Origin: a virus
Lineage: Duplodnaviria > Caudoviricetes
Strand: one strand, 5' to 3'
DNA: 64,000 bases
Virus record (IMG/VR): IMGVR_UViG_3300031853_000003
Location: 91,392-155,391 of that record
This document shows positions 38,075 through 48,339 of this stretch, in pieces. Numbering within the stretch: the first letter of the stretch is position 1; each line of letters begins with the position of its first letter. The notes below the pieces were generated by a model, which saw only the letters and a list, made by a program, of their open reading frames with translations, was not told the origin of the DNA and did not search any database. Made by a program: the position numbers and the translations under genes.

Positions 38075-39438
38075 TATCGTCTATTGAACTCCAGGTTATA
38101 TCAAAAATTCTAACAAGCGACTCCATCTCAGATGTCAATGAGTTATGTGGGTTTGATCCGTCATACTATTCTGTATTCAAACCACAGATTGAATTCATCC
38201 TCAACCATCGCCTAGAATATGGTGATGTGCCAGACGTATTCACTTTCCAGTCGCAATTTCCAAGCATTGAACTCGTCTCTGTTTCAGAACCATTGCAGTA
38301 CCTTCGTCGAGAGATGGCGAAGAACAAACAGCACATACTTTTACTTGAAACATTCAACAAGTTGAAAGATCTCGGATCTGGAGACGTTACAGATGCTTGG
38401 GCATACTTATCATCTCAATGTGAAAAAGCACAGGAGTTAGATACTTCACAACCTCTTGATCTTATCAAAGACGCTAAACGTCGTAGTGATATGGTTGTAG
38501 AATTCAGTAAGCAATCTCGTATTCCGACAGGGTTCGCTGAGATAGACAAACTCATGTACGGCGGACTAAGTACTGTTGAGGAACTTGCTCTTATCGTAGC
38601 GAGAACCAATACAGGTAAATCTTGGGTCTGTGTAAAGATGATGGAGAGCGCACAGAAGAACGGATTTCCTGTCCTTTACTATTCTCCAGAGATGCAAGCA
38701 GCATTCTTAGGTACTCGTTTCGACACCTGGAGAGAGCATTTCCAGAACAGTCAGCTGTTCCAAGGAAATTATGATGCTGCTTATGTCAACTATCTTAGAG
38801 ATCTTGCTAAACAAGATACTAGTGCATTTGTCCTCGAGGACAAAGACGTATCGGGTGGAGAGGTAAATGTACCTGCACTTAGAACTCTTGTTCAGAAACA
38901 CGGAATCAAAGAATTGATAATAGACGGTCTTTCATATATGGAAGATACTAAGAGGTCTGATACAGATTACGTCAAATACAAGAATCTGTGCTTGGATCTG
39001 TTCAAGCTCAGTAAGCAGTTTGGCTGTGCTGTTGTTGTAGCACTCCAAGCCAACCGTGAAACAAAAGAGTCAAAAGACGATAAGGGTGACCCGTTCCCTA
39101 ATCTGTATAACATTGAAGGAAGTGACCATCCTGCACGAATTGCAACACAGGTCTTTTCATTACGTCAGGTTTTTGATAAACATGTGTTAGATATCCGCAT
39201 GGAGAAAGCTCGTATGGCCAACAACCAGAAGCCTATACTTTCTTATGCTTGGGACGTCAACACAGGTAACATGAATTACTTGCCTGGTGGAGATGAAAAT
39301 GATCCTGTAGGTCAGGCTATCACTCCTAAGATGGATGATTACAAGATAACAACAAACTTGACGCCGAATTCATCTACAGTGTCTGGATCCGGGTTTGATG
39401 ATTTAGACGATATTGATGATGACGACGTTGAATTCTAG
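38071..39438 (+). CDS. DnaB-like replicative helicase
   Basis: IPTGFAEID, ARTNTGKS, SPEM, IIDGL, QANR. Confidence 0.92.
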   Translation: MISSIELQVISKILTSDSISDVNELCGFDPSYYSVFKPQIEFILNHRLEYGDVPDVFTFQSQFPSIELVSVSEPLQYLRREMAKNKQHILLLETFNKLKDLGSGDVTDAWAYLSSQCEKAQELDTSQPLDLIKDAKRRSDMVVEFSKQSRIPTGFAEIDKLMYGGLSTVEELALIVARTNTGKSWVCVKMMESAQKNGFPVLYYSPEMQAAFLGTRFDTWREHFQNSQLFQGNYDAAYVNYLRDLAKQDTSAFVLEDKDVSGGEVNVPALRTLVQKHGIKELIIDGLSYMEDTKRSDTDYVKYKNLCLDLFKLSKQFGCAVVVALQANRETKESKDDKGDPFPNLYNIEGSDHPARIATQVFSLRQVFDKHVLDIRMEKARMANNQKPILSYAWDVNTGNMNYLPGGDENDPVGQAITPKMDDYKITTNLTPNSSTVSGSGFDDLDDIDDDDVEF

Positions 39439-39449
39439 CAGCAAGTGAG

Positions 39450-39944
39450 GTGTCTGTCATAGAAAACATAGAAAATCTACCTGAAGTAAAGATATACACT
39501 GATGGAGCCTGCATTGGTAATCCAGGTCCGGGAGGTTGGGCTGCAATCTGCATATCTGCGTCGGGTCGTGAGAAATCCTTTACAGGAAGATCACAAGATA
39601 CAACAAACAATAGGATGGAGCTGTCTGCTGTAGTAGGTGGGCTGTCTGCATTGAAACGTAAATGTCGTGTTACGTTATATTCTGATTCAAAGTATATAGT
39701 AGATGCTATCAATAAGAACTGGTTGTTCAATTGGGTCAAGAACCATTGGACAAATACGTCTGGTGACGTTAAGAATCAAGACCTTTGGCAACAGATATTG
39801 AATCTGATTACATATCACCATGTTACATTCAAGTGGGTCAAGGGTCATGCAGGCAACAAGTACAATGAGCGTTGTGATATGCTTGCAAGAGAAGAATCAC
39901 ATGTAGCTTGGGGTGCAAGGTATGGAAGTAATCAAAATACTTGA
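39450..39944 (+). CDS. rnhA: Ribonuclease HI
   Basis: IYTDGAC.GNPGPGGW, TTNNRMEL, SDSKY, WVKGHAG..NERCD.LA. Confidence 0.96.
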   Translation: MSVIENIENLPEVKIYTDGACIGNPGPGGWAAICISASGREKSFTGRSQDTTNNRMELSAVVGGLSALKRKCRVTLYSDSKYIVDAINKNWLFNWVKNHWTNTSGDVKNQDLWQQILNLITYHHVTFKWVKGHAGNKYNERCDMLAREESHVAWGARYGSNQNT

Positions 39945-40914
39945 GAAGCTACAGTCGTTTGGATACATCCGGCTGAATAAACAATCGGGTAATTATTTCC
40001 AGATATACTGCCCGTTTCATAATAGCGGTAATGAACGTAGACCGTCTTGCGGTGTTCTACTACACGAAGAGTACAGAAACGGTAGAAGATATCCGGAAGG
40101 GTTTGTTCACTGTTTCACATGCGGTCATGCGAGCACACTTCCTGATGCAATAACTGAGATACTTAAGTCAAGGTCTATCTCATCAACAGGCATTGAGTGG
40201 CTGAAAGAAAATGTACCTGGGTTCGAAGAATCACCTGATTTCGAGTCGCTTGTACCTGTAGATATGATGAAATCTGTGCAAAGTAAGTATGCAGTTGATT
40301 ATGTTGCATCACTGTCTAAGCCTGAGAAAGAATACGTGTCAGAGGAAGAACTTGCATCTTATAGATTCATAGTTCCATACATGTATGAGCGTAAACTCAC
40401 AGATGAGATAATTGAGAAGTTTGATGTGGGATACGATGCTAACTGGGTTGCACCTGGAAGGAAGAAACCAACTCCTTGCATCACATTTCCTGTAAGAGAC
40501 CGCCAAGGACGAACACTATTCTTCTGTCGTAGGTCAATCAAGGGAAAGTTCTTCAACTATCCTGAATACGCAGAGAAACCTGTTTATGGTATTGATCAGA
40601 TACCTCAAGGATGTAAGTCAGTTATCATCTGTGAGTCGGTTATAAACTGCTTGACGTGCTGGACATACGGATATCCAGCAGTTGCATTACTAGGAACCGG
40701 TAATGCACAGCAGATACAGCAGCTCAAGGAGCTAGGTGTTTCAGAATATGTCATCTGTATGGATGGCGATGATGCCGGACACCGAGCTACTAAGAAACTG
40801 CAGAATCAGCTGAAGCACATAGCTATCATATGGACAATGTCTATGCCTGATAATGAAGATGTTAACAGCATTGACAGAGCTACATTTGAAAAGCTGTACT
40901 CAGAAAGGAGCTAA
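39922..40914 (+). CDS. DnaG-like primase (CHC2 Zn finger + TOPRIM)
   Basis: CPFH..E.RPS..HCFTCG, ICES, DGDDAG. Confidence 0.9.
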   Translation: MEVIKILEKLQSFGYIRLNKQSGNYFQIYCPFHNSGNERRPSCGVLLHEEYRNGRRYPEGFVHCFTCGHASTLPDAITEILKSRSISSTGIEWLKENVPGFEESPDFESLVPVDMMKSVQSKYAVDYVASLSKPEKEYVSEEELASYRFIVPYMYERKLTDEIIEKFDVGYDANWVAPGRKKPTPCITFPVRDRQGRTLFFCRRSIKGKFFNYPEYAEKPVYGIDQIPQGCKSVIICESVINCLTCWTYGYPAVALLGTGNAQQIQQLKELGVSEYVICMDGDDAGHRATKKLQNQLKHIAIIWTMSMPDNEDVNSIDRATFEKLYSERS

Positions 40915-40916
40915 AC

Positions 40917-41327
40917 ATGAACACATCAGTTGAAAGTACCACACCTGTTATGTCTGAATCTATGAAGGCACCTAGGTGGGGCAAAAAGGACTACGACAGT
41001 ATCCAGATACTTGGCGTAACTTATAAGTTGATATTCAGTACAGCTGATAAGTATCCTCTTCTCAAGGATATGGATGGTTACTGCGACACTTCTACGAAGA
41101 CGATCGTCATAGATGATTGTACTGATGTCGACAAAGCTAACTCTAAGGGTGATCTTTCACGATACATCCGACAGGTAGTGCGACACGAGTGCATCCATGC
41201 AGCGTTGTTTGAAAGCGGGCTAGATAATTGCTGCGATTGGGCCAACTGTGAGCCTGCAGTTGATTGGCTTGCAATTCAATTTCCGAAGCTGTGTAAAATG
41301 TTTGAAAGCATCGAGGTAACAAAATGA
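40917..41327 (+). CDS. HExxH metallopeptidase-like phage protein
   Basis: DGYCD....I, RHECIHA...ESGL, E..VDWLA.Q.PK. Confidence 0.7.
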   Translation: MNTSVESTTPVMSESMKAPRWGKKDYDSIQILGVTYKLIFSTADKYPLLKDMDGYCDTSTKTIVIDDCTDVDKANSKGDLSRYIRQVVRHECIHAALFESGLDNCCDWANCEPAVDWLAIQFPKLCKMFESIEVTK

Positions 41328-41653
41328 AAGCAAATTACAAGTCCAAGGTTCCGAAGTTCGTCTTTACTCCTGCAGAGGACAAGGCTATGAAGGCAGAGAT
41401 ATCTCGTCAGATTGTCGAGATGAATGATAAGTATGCAATCGACATTGACGCGATGATCCTGTATACTCTTCATGAAAGATTTGGATTTGGTAAGAAGAGG
41501 CTGCGCGAATTCTACTTCGCTATGAAGGAAGAGCGGGACAAGCTCGAAGCACACTATGAGATGCCTGGAGAATTCAACTGGCTGGTGAGAGAGCAGTTAA
41601 AGAAAATTGGCATCGACATCCAAGAATGGTATGATGAAATCATGGTTTCATAA
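41324..41653 (+). CDS. Conserved phage hypothetical protein
   Basis: LY.LH..FGFGKKRL..F motif. Confidence 0.65.
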   Translation: MKANYKSKVPKFVFTPAEDKAMKAEISRQIVEMNDKYAIDIDAMILYTLHERFGFGKKRLREFYFAMKEERDKLEAHYEMPGEFNWLVREQLKKIGIDIQEWYDEIMVS

Positions 41654-41690
41654 ATAACTCAAAATTTCTTGAAAAATTTTCCAAAACCTA

Positions 41691-41719
41691 TTGACTTTTT
41701 TGGACAATCCGTCTATAAT
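41691..41719 (+). promoter_or_regulatory. sigmaA-type early promoter
   Basis: TTGACT-N17-TATAAT; near-identical to the promoter at 4962. Confidence 0.85.
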
Positions 41720-41800
41720 ATAAGTGTAGGTTAAGGAACAGACGTTCCTACATATCAAAACGTATCAACAGATCGGACGTATCAAGAAAGGAAGTTCATC

Positions 41801-42499
41801 ATGAAACATACCGAATCCGCTTTCACTACAAAGTGCATCAATTCCAAGAAGAAACAGTCTTACAGGAACTATACATCACCCTTCGGCGCCACACTTAAGA
41901 TGTTTGAGGAGTTTATCGGCTACACAGAACCGCTGTCGTATGACGAGTGGATGGCTGCTCCTGAGGATCATAAGGTGGCGATTTTATATGTTCAGTTCTA
42001 CGACCAGATCTCTCTTGCATGGTACAAGCTCAGAACCGACGCCGCCATCGAAGAAGAATGCGTCGAGGAGGTCATCCAGTACCTCATGAAGAATGTCGCC
42101 TTCCTCAAATCTCACCCGGACCGCTTCAAGCCCGGATACATCTATCGTATCTGCTACAATTGCATCTACTGCAAGAGCATCGACCCTTATAAGGGACAGA
42201 CTGCTAAGACCAGCTGGTACAACAACACATCGAGCCCGTACATCGTAACTGGCGAAGGCGAAGAGCTCAGCGTATTCGACACCATTGACGGCGGAGAAGA
42301 CGCAGACGAAGTTCTCGCGTCTGAAAACTTCTGGAAGATCATCGAGGACATGGGCGATGAAACACTCTCCGTAGTGTCTAAGTTGCTCGGCGATGGATAC
42401 ATTCCGGGACAGCGCGTCAACAAGAAGCGTTCTGCTGAAATCGTTGAGGAACTCAAGGTTGCCCTTGCTCCTTTTGCTCCGTTGTACTACGGAGACTAA
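41801..42499 (+). CDS. Divergent ECF-like sigma factor (candidate middle sigma)
   Basis: LYVQFYDQI..EECVEEV...F..YIYRICYN.I resembles ECF region 2; monocistronic between a sigmaA promoter and a terminator. Confidence 0.6.
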   Translation: MKHTESAFTTKCINSKKKQSYRNYTSPFGATLKMFEEFIGYTEPLSYDEWMAAPEDHKVAILYVQFYDQISLAWYKLRTDAAIEEECVEEVIQYLMKNVAFLKSHPDRFKPGYIYRICYNCIYCKSIDPYKGQTAKTSWYNNTSSPYIVTGEGEELSVFDTIDGGEDADEVLASENFWKIIEDMGDETLSVVSKLLGDGYIPGQRVNKKRSAEIVEELKVALAPFAPLYYGD

Positions 42500-42519
42500 T
42501 TTACATACATCGTCAAGTA

Positions 42520-42549
42520 CCGCCTCAATTCGTTGAGGCGGATATTTTG
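42520..42549 (+). terminator. Rho-independent terminator
   Basis: CCGCCTCAA-TTCG-TTGAGGCGG followed by ATATTTT. Confidence 0.8.
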
Positions 42550-42584
42550 TGAATCGTTATTGTAGATAGAAGAGAGGTGAGTAA

Positions 42585-43058
42585 GTGCCTAATACTAGAG
42601 TAGTACAGCGAAGTGAATTTGAGTGTGCGTATCTTATGCCGAAGGACAAGAGTAACAGAGACTATGAACTCAACGCACATTTCTACAAGATTGAAGCTAC
42701 TTTTGAAAATCGATCTGATGTAGAGGACTTTGTTCTCGATTTCAGAATCTGCAAACAGATCATGGACAGTGTGTTGCCGAATAACTGTTTCATCTATAAT
42801 GGCAGAGCAGTCACACCAAATGGTTCTGTATATACCATTGTAGAGTCTGCTGGAGAAGTAGAAGTAGCTGCTGCGATGGAGAAGGTAGGTGTTCCCGTCA
42901 AGCGATATGATTTCAAGATATCCGCGGAGACCCTCGCAGAATACTTCGCCTTGAGAATACAGCGTGAGCTCAATGCTCATGACTTAGCTAACATACAAGT
43001 ACGAGAGCTCAAGTTGCGAGAGACTGCTGATTCATTCGCCACTTGGTCACTCGTATAG
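42585..43058 (+). CDS. QueD/PTPS-like T-fold protein with degenerate metal site
   Basis: EFECAY, LNAH.YKIE, VLDF..K, SAE.LA, L.ET..S.A.W. Confidence 0.75.
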   Translation: MPNTRVVQRSEFECAYLMPKDKSNRDYELNAHFYKIEATFENRSDVEDFVLDFRICKQIMDSVLPNNCFIYNGRAVTPNGSVYTIVESAGEVEVAAAMEKVGVPVKRYDFKISAETLAEYFALRIQRELNAHDLANIQVRELKLRETADSFATWSLV

Positions 43059-43106
43059 TTCAAAAATCGTTATATTACATATCAAAAGAGAAAGGAAGAT
43101 CAATTC

Positions 43107-43802
43107 ATGGCTTTCAAGTCACTAAAAGATTACAACGAAGAGAAATTTGGCGGACTGTTCCTTCTTCGCAACGACGGCGATTACGCTGACGTAGTATTCC
43201 TGTACCCGAGCGAAGACGACGTGATGGTCGGAGACGTCCATTATATCAAGTCGTCCGAATACAGCGGATACGTTCAGTGTACTGGCAAGGGTTGCCCCGC
43301 TTGCGCAAAGGGCATCCGTGTCCAGACCAAACTGTTCATTCCCGTTTTCAACATCACTGCCGGCGAGGTCCAGTTCTGGGACAGAGGTATCCGTTTCGAG
43401 ACTCAGCTCCGCAACGACGTGTTCAAGAACTTCCCAAATCCTACAGAGTACGTTTTCCGTATCACCCGTCACGGCGTAGCGAACAGCGTAGACACAACGT
43501 ATGAGATCCAGGCCATCGGCAAGAACGGTTCATATCCGTATGCGCAGATTCTCGAAGAGAACCACGTCGAGTTTCCGAAGTATTACGAGAACATCTGCAA
43601 GGACTACACCTCGGCCAAGCTCTACGATATCATCAATACATCACCGTCAGCGCAGTCAGCGTCAGGAGATATGCCAACCTATCAGGTTACACCTCGTCCT
43701 GCACCTACTGTATCTGCTCCTCCGAGGTCAACTGAGGATGTACTTCCTCCGAGCCTCAATGCAGATGATTTCAACGACATCGACGGCGAAGTAGACTTCT
43801 AA
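43107..43802 (+). CDS. Single-stranded DNA-binding protein (gp32-like)
   Basis: VH...C..CP.C, F.ITR.G..DTTY, acidic/aromatic tail DIDGEVDF. Confidence 0.8.
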   Translation: MAFKSLKDYNEEKFGGLFLLRNDGDYADVVFLYPSEDDVMVGDVHYIKSSEYSGYVQCTGKGCPACAKGIRVQTKLFIPVFNITAGEVQFWDRGIRFETQLRNDVFKNFPNPTEYVFRITRHGVANSVDTTYEIQAIGKNGSYPYAQILEENHVEFPKYYENICKDYTSAKLYDIINTSPSAQSASGDMPTYQVTPRPAPTVSAPPRSTEDVLPPSLNADDFNDIDGEVDF

Positions 43803-43875
43803 GATAAGAATACAGTAGTCGAGTGTGCAATACTTTTGTGCATTCGGCTATTTGTTTTATAATGGAGGTGAAACC

Positions 43876-46449
43876 TTGGGACTATTCACAATGTCGCAAT
43901 TAGATGAAATCAACAAGGTTGCTGCAAAGAGTAAGGCTGCTTTGAAGCCGATGAAAGCACCTAAGACGAAATCTATCAGCGATGACTTGAATAGGATCTC
44001 GAAGAACGTAACAGAGTACTTCAAGGACTCAAAGGCAATCTGTATACATAGTCGTGATGAATTACATGACTATGTTACAGCGTGTATTAAATTCGGCTAT
44101 GCTGGAATAGATACTGAGACAACAGGCCTCGACAGAGTAAACGACTATGTTGTAGGTGCGTCTTTGTTTGTTCCCGGTATGCCTGAATGTTATATACCGA
44201 TGAAGCATCGAGTTCCTATCTTCGAGAATCCATATCCGGATCAGCTCAGCTACGAAGACGTAACTCCTGAGTTTCAACGTCTTGCTGACGAAGGCTGTAA
44301 GCTGATATTCGCAAACGCAGATTACGACTTGGCGATGATCAACAAAGATCTGAAAGTCGACCTCTGCGATGCATGTTACTATGATGTCATCCTTGCATGG
44401 AGATGCTTGAAAGAAGATGAAAAGGACAACACCTTGAAAGGTCTTTATAATAAGTACTTCTTGCGAGGTAAGGGAGATCCAAAGAAGTTTAGTGATTTCT
44501 TCTCTCCTGAGTTATTCCCCTATTGCAAACCTGATGTTGCAAAGTTGTATGCTGCAAACGATGCTAAGATCACATATGAGCTGTTTACATGGCAGTTACC
44601 ATATGTTACACCAGATAATCCGAAGTGTAAGAAGAGGCATCTTGAAAGCATTGCAAATCTGATCTGGAACGTCGAGTTCCCATTGATTAAGGTCTGCCAA
44701 CAGATGCACCGTACAGGTATGTATATTGACAATACTACCGCCCGCACCTTGAAGCAAAGATACAAAGGCCTCTATGATGCAGAGATGGATAAGTTAAGTG
44801 AGCTGGTGCAAGAGATCATCAGAACATCTGACTATTCATCTACTTCTAAACGTCCGTTCTCTTCTGGTAAGGATTTCAATCCGAAATCAACTACCCATGT
44901 AAAGTATCTACTGTATACAATGATGAAACTTCCGAGTGGAGGAGCTGGCAGAGGCGGCGGAGGAACTGGTAAAGACGTACTTGGTGAGTTGAACCTCCCA
45001 GTTACAAATCAGATACTTCGAGTTCGTAGCCTAGGTGTACTTATCAGCACATTTGTAGATAAGTTACCTGCTGCGGTAACACCTGACCAACGAATACATG
45101 GACAATTCAAACAGATTGGTGCAGCTACCGGACGATTCTCGTCTGCTGAGCCGAATCTACAGAATATTCCATCACACGCAACTGACATTCGCCATATGTT
45201 CCGAGCTACTCCCGGATATGTTATGCTATCTAGCGACTACAGCGCCCAGGAGCCGCGCATAACCGCTTATGTTTCACAAGACCCTGAAATGATAAAAGCG
45301 TTCCAAGAAGGCAGAGACGTATATGCAAGTATAGCAAGTCTGGCTTTCAATGTTCCATATGAAAAATGTCTTGAATTTCATCCCGAGACTGGTGAGTATC
45401 AACCAGATGGTAAAGCTCGAAGAAACGAAGCAAAGACGATCTTACTAGGTCTTACATATGGCCGTTCAGTTCCGTCAATCGCTGAGCAGTTGTACGGCAA
45501 AGATAAAACTATGACCGACGAGCAGAAGATTGAAGGCGCACAGAAGATATATGACTCCGTGCTGAACGCCTTCCCGAATCTTCGTAAGATAATGCTAGCA
45601 ACACAAAAGGCTGCTGCAGCAAATGGCTACACAGAAACCATTCTTGGTAGACGTAGACATCTTCCGGATATGCAGTTACCTGAATTTGAGTTTGTTGCAT
45701 TACCTGGATACGTCAATCCAGATGTAGATCCACTTGATGCTTCTACTCTACAGAATACTTCTGATATTCCTGCAAGAATCAAAGAAGAGCTTCTGAAGGA
45801 GTTTAAGGGCTACAAGTACTTCGGTCAGATTGCTAAACGTACAAAGGAACTGCACGATAATGATAAGATACGTGTAATCAATAATCGTCCTAAGATCAAT
45901 GACGCAACACGTCAATGTCTCAATGGTGTTATCCAAGGAAGCGCCGCCGACATGACGAAGTTGGCTATACTTCGACTCACTCAAAGTGAGGAGTGGAACG
46001 ACATCCATGGTCGGCTGCTTGTACCAGTACATGATGAGATAATCGCTGAAGTTCCAATGGATAAGTGGAAAGAGGGCGGCGAGATACTCAGTAAGATGAT
46101 GATCGACGCTGCAGATTTCCTCCCGTTCCCAAGTAAGTGTGATGTAACTACTACACTCAGATGGTATGGGTTAGAGTATCCTTGCAAATATCCTCAACCT
46201 TCGTCAATGGATAATCTAACACCGGATGAAGTCAAGTGGGTTCAGTACATGCTTACAGAGATGGAGTATCAACTTCCTGTATTCAAGGATGAAAACGGTG
46301 ACAAGCCAAGAGGCGATGCTGCCCTAGGTGTCAACGGAGTAGTTTCAGACCAGTACGAAGAAGCTATTCAAGATTACATGAATAGATACAGCATAACCAT
46401 TGAGCAATTCATTGATCACATAAGTACAAAAGTATACAAAGGAGAATAA
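43876..46449 (+). CDS. polA: Family A DNA polymerase with 3'-5' exonuclease, no 5'-3' exonuclease
   Basis: IDTETTG, TGRFSS..PNLQNIP, DYSAQEPR, R..AK...G..YG, IQGSAAD..K, VHDE; TTG start after GGAGGTG. Confidence 0.95.
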   Translation: MGLFTMSQLDEINKVAAKSKAALKPMKAPKTKSISDDLNRISKNVTEYFKDSKAICIHSRDELHDYVTACIKFGYAGIDTETTGLDRVNDYVVGASLFVPGMPECYIPMKHRVPIFENPYPDQLSYEDVTPEFQRLADEGCKLIFANADYDLAMINKDLKVDLCDACYYDVILAWRCLKEDEKDNTLKGLYNKYFLRGKGDPKKFSDFFSPELFPYCKPDVAKLYAANDAKITYELFTWQLPYVTPDNPKCKKRHLESIANLIWNVEFPLIKVCQQMHRTGMYIDNTTARTLKQRYKGLYDAEMDKLSELVQEIIRTSDYSSTSKRPFSSGKDFNPKSTTHVKYLLYTMMKLPSGGAGRGGGGTGKDVLGELNLPVTNQILRVRSLGVLISTFVDKLPAAVTPDQRIHGQFKQIGAATGRFSSAEPNLQNIPSHATDIRHMFRATPGYVMLSSDYSAQEPRITAYVSQDPEMIKAFQEGRDVYASIASLAFNVPYEKCLEFHPETGEYQPDGKARRNEAKTILLGLTYGRSVPSIAEQLYGKDKTMTDEQKIEGAQKIYDSVLNAFPNLRKIMLATQKAAAANGYTETILGRRRHLPDMQLPEFEFVALPGYVNPDVDPLDASTLQNTSDIPARIKEELLKEFKGYKYFGQIAKRTKELHDNDKIRVINNRPKINDATRQCLNGVIQGSAADMTKLAILRLTQSEEWNDIHGRLLVPVHDEIIAEVPMDKWKEGGEILSKMMIDAADFLPFPSKCDVTTTLRWYGLEYPCKYPQPSSMDNLTPDEVKWVQYMLTEMEYQLPVFKDENGDKPRGDAALGVNGVVSDQYEEAIQDYMNRYSITIEQFIDHISTKVYKGE

Positions 46450-46453
46450 CTAA

Positions 46454-47563
46454 ATGAAATTCATCACAGGTACAAAACCTCTTATCGACAGCTTGTCGTT
46501 AGGCGTAATCAACTCTAACGTCACAAAGTACTTCCAAAAGAGTACCATTGCTCAGGTATCGGCAAATAAGAGTACTCTTACCATCAACCTCGAAGCTGCT
46601 TTCATCTACACAGAGATTCAGCTCAAGGGTCAGGGAGACGAGGACGCAAATGTATCCATCTTCGTTGACAGCTTGCTGCTCAAGCAGCTTGTATCTACGT
46701 TTGAAGCAGCTACAACAACGCTTGAGTTCGGTGAGAACGGCTTGACTCTCTACGCAGGTAAGTCGAAGTTTACTCTGCCAAAGATTCTTTCCGATGTCGA
46801 AGCGAGCCTCCAGGCTCCTAAACACGTCACCGACGAGTCAAATGCTATTCCGATCTCAAAGGCGGATTGGAAGTTCGTCAAAGAGAATCAGATGTATGCA
46901 CTCGGTATGTCTTTCTCGCTTCCGGTATACACCAAGGTATGGGTGAGCGAAGCAGGCGATGTTATCGTCGGCGACTTCGATAACAGCATTTTTACACACT
47001 CTATGAAGGGCAATCTCGACAAGACCTGCCTTCTTTCAGATACCATCATCAATCTGTTCAACTCTCTCCCGGAGGGTGCAAAGCTCATCGCATATGATGA
47101 CAGCTACATCATCCATGTTGTCGTTGACAGCTATGAGTATACTTCACAGTTTACTCCTCAGTATGAATCTGATCCGGACGTCGGCAGCTACAAGGCTGAT
47201 ATCATCATGAGTCCCATGAGCAGAGATCTGGATGCTGCGGTGGAGTTCGATGCAACAGAGCTCAACAAGTTCATGACACAGTCCTCGCTGATTTCGAGCA
47301 ACTCCGAAGATTCTATCATGCTCGAGGTATCCAACGGAGAGTTGAAACTGTATGATGACAACGGTGACATCAAGCTCGCAGTCAAGAACGGCGAAGGCAT
47401 TGAGTATCGCATCGAGCTCAAGAAAGAGTCTATCAAATCCGTCCTTTCCAAGTATGGTGAACATACAATGCTTAGACCTACTGTTGACAGCGACGGCGAA
47501 GTAGGCGGCGTTACTATCTGGAATGACGACCTGGTTACAGCGTTAGGTGGAGTTGAGAACTGA
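46454..47563 (+). CDS. Beta sliding clamp (DnaN-like)
   Basis: MKF start, 369-aa acidic three-domain size, GKSKFTLP; lies between polA and dnaX. Confidence 0.7.
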   Translation: MKFITGTKPLIDSLSLGVINSNVTKYFQKSTIAQVSANKSTLTINLEAAFIYTEIQLKGQGDEDANVSIFVDSLLLKQLVSTFEAATTTLEFGENGLTLYAGKSKFTLPKILSDVEASLQAPKHVTDESNAIPISKADWKFVKENQMYALGMSFSLPVYTKVWVSEAGDVIVGDFDNSIFTHSMKGNLDKTCLLSDTIINLFNSLPEGAKLIAYDDSYIIHVVVDSYEYTSQFTPQYESDPDVGSYKADIIMSPMSRDLDAAVEFDATELNKFMTQSSLISSNSEDSIMLEVSNGELKLYDDNGDIKLAVKNGEGIEYRIELKKESIKSVLSKYGEHTMLRPTVDSDGEVGGVTIWNDDLVTALGGVEN

Positions 47564-48339
47564 TGGCTTTTCGTCCTGCAAATCTTGCACGTCTTGCAAC
47601 ATTCAATTCTGCAAACAGTTGTGAATTCTTGGAATTCTACGATGCGTTTGTAGATGAAAAGATCCGCGCAGAGAATGCAGAACCTAAGCATCAAACCTTC
47701 GCACCTTCGAGTTTTCGTTGTAGTCGAAAATCATGGTTTAGGCTGAGAGGGGTAGATCCTGATCAGCCTAAATCTATTGATAAGGTTCTCAACTTCTCTG
47801 CCGAGATAGGTACAGCGTGTCATAGAATAATTCAAACCAATCTGAAAGAAGCGCTCAAGGAGGATTGGATCGACGTAGGAGAGTATCTGCGTGAACTCAA
47901 TCCTTCATACAAGTACACTCTTTCAAAATCTGAGGACAGTTTAGAGACTCAAATTGAGATACTCGATCCGCCTGTGAGATTCGCCTGCGATGGCGTTATC
48001 AGATGGAAGGGTAAACTTTACCTTCTCGAGATAAAAACGTCAGAATACAGCAGTTTCACGGATCTAACAGACCCTAAGGACGAGCATATCGATCAGATAA
48101 GATGCTATGCTACACTTCTCAATCTTCCTAACGTACTTGTTCTCTATCAGGATAGACAGTACGGGGAATTCAAGTGCTATGAGAAGCAGATTTCGTTATC
48201 AGATATGGACGCTGTAATGCGGGAGTTCCAGTATGTACAAGATATGGTTGAAGCTAATCTTCCACCTAAGAGATTGCCTACTGGTGACGTCTGGTGTTCC
48301 AGATGTGAATATTCTAAGAAATGTAAGGAGTGGGGATAG
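47563..48339 (+). CDS. Cas4-like PD-(D/E)xK exonuclease
   Basis: PSS..C.R, GT..H, DG, LEIKT, Q...Y, C..C.Y...C Fe-S cysteines. Confidence 0.85.
   Translation: MAFRPANLARLATFNSANSCEFLEFYDAFVDEKIRAENAEPKHQTFAPSSFRCSRKSWFRLRGVDPDQPKSIDKVLNFSAEIGTACHRIIQTNLKEALKEDWIDVGEYLRELNPSYKYTLSKSEDSLETQIEILDPPVRFACDGVIRWKGKLYLLEIKTSEYSSFTDLTDPKDEHIDQIRCYATLLNLPNVLVLYQDRQYGEFKCYEKQISLSDMDAVMREFQYVQDMVEANLPPKRLPTGDVWCSRCEYSKKCKEWG

Noticed and set aside
47563-48339. Cas4-like gene as a CRISPR system
   Set aside because: No repeat-spacer array or other cas genes seen; solo Cas4-like nucleases are common in phage replication modules.
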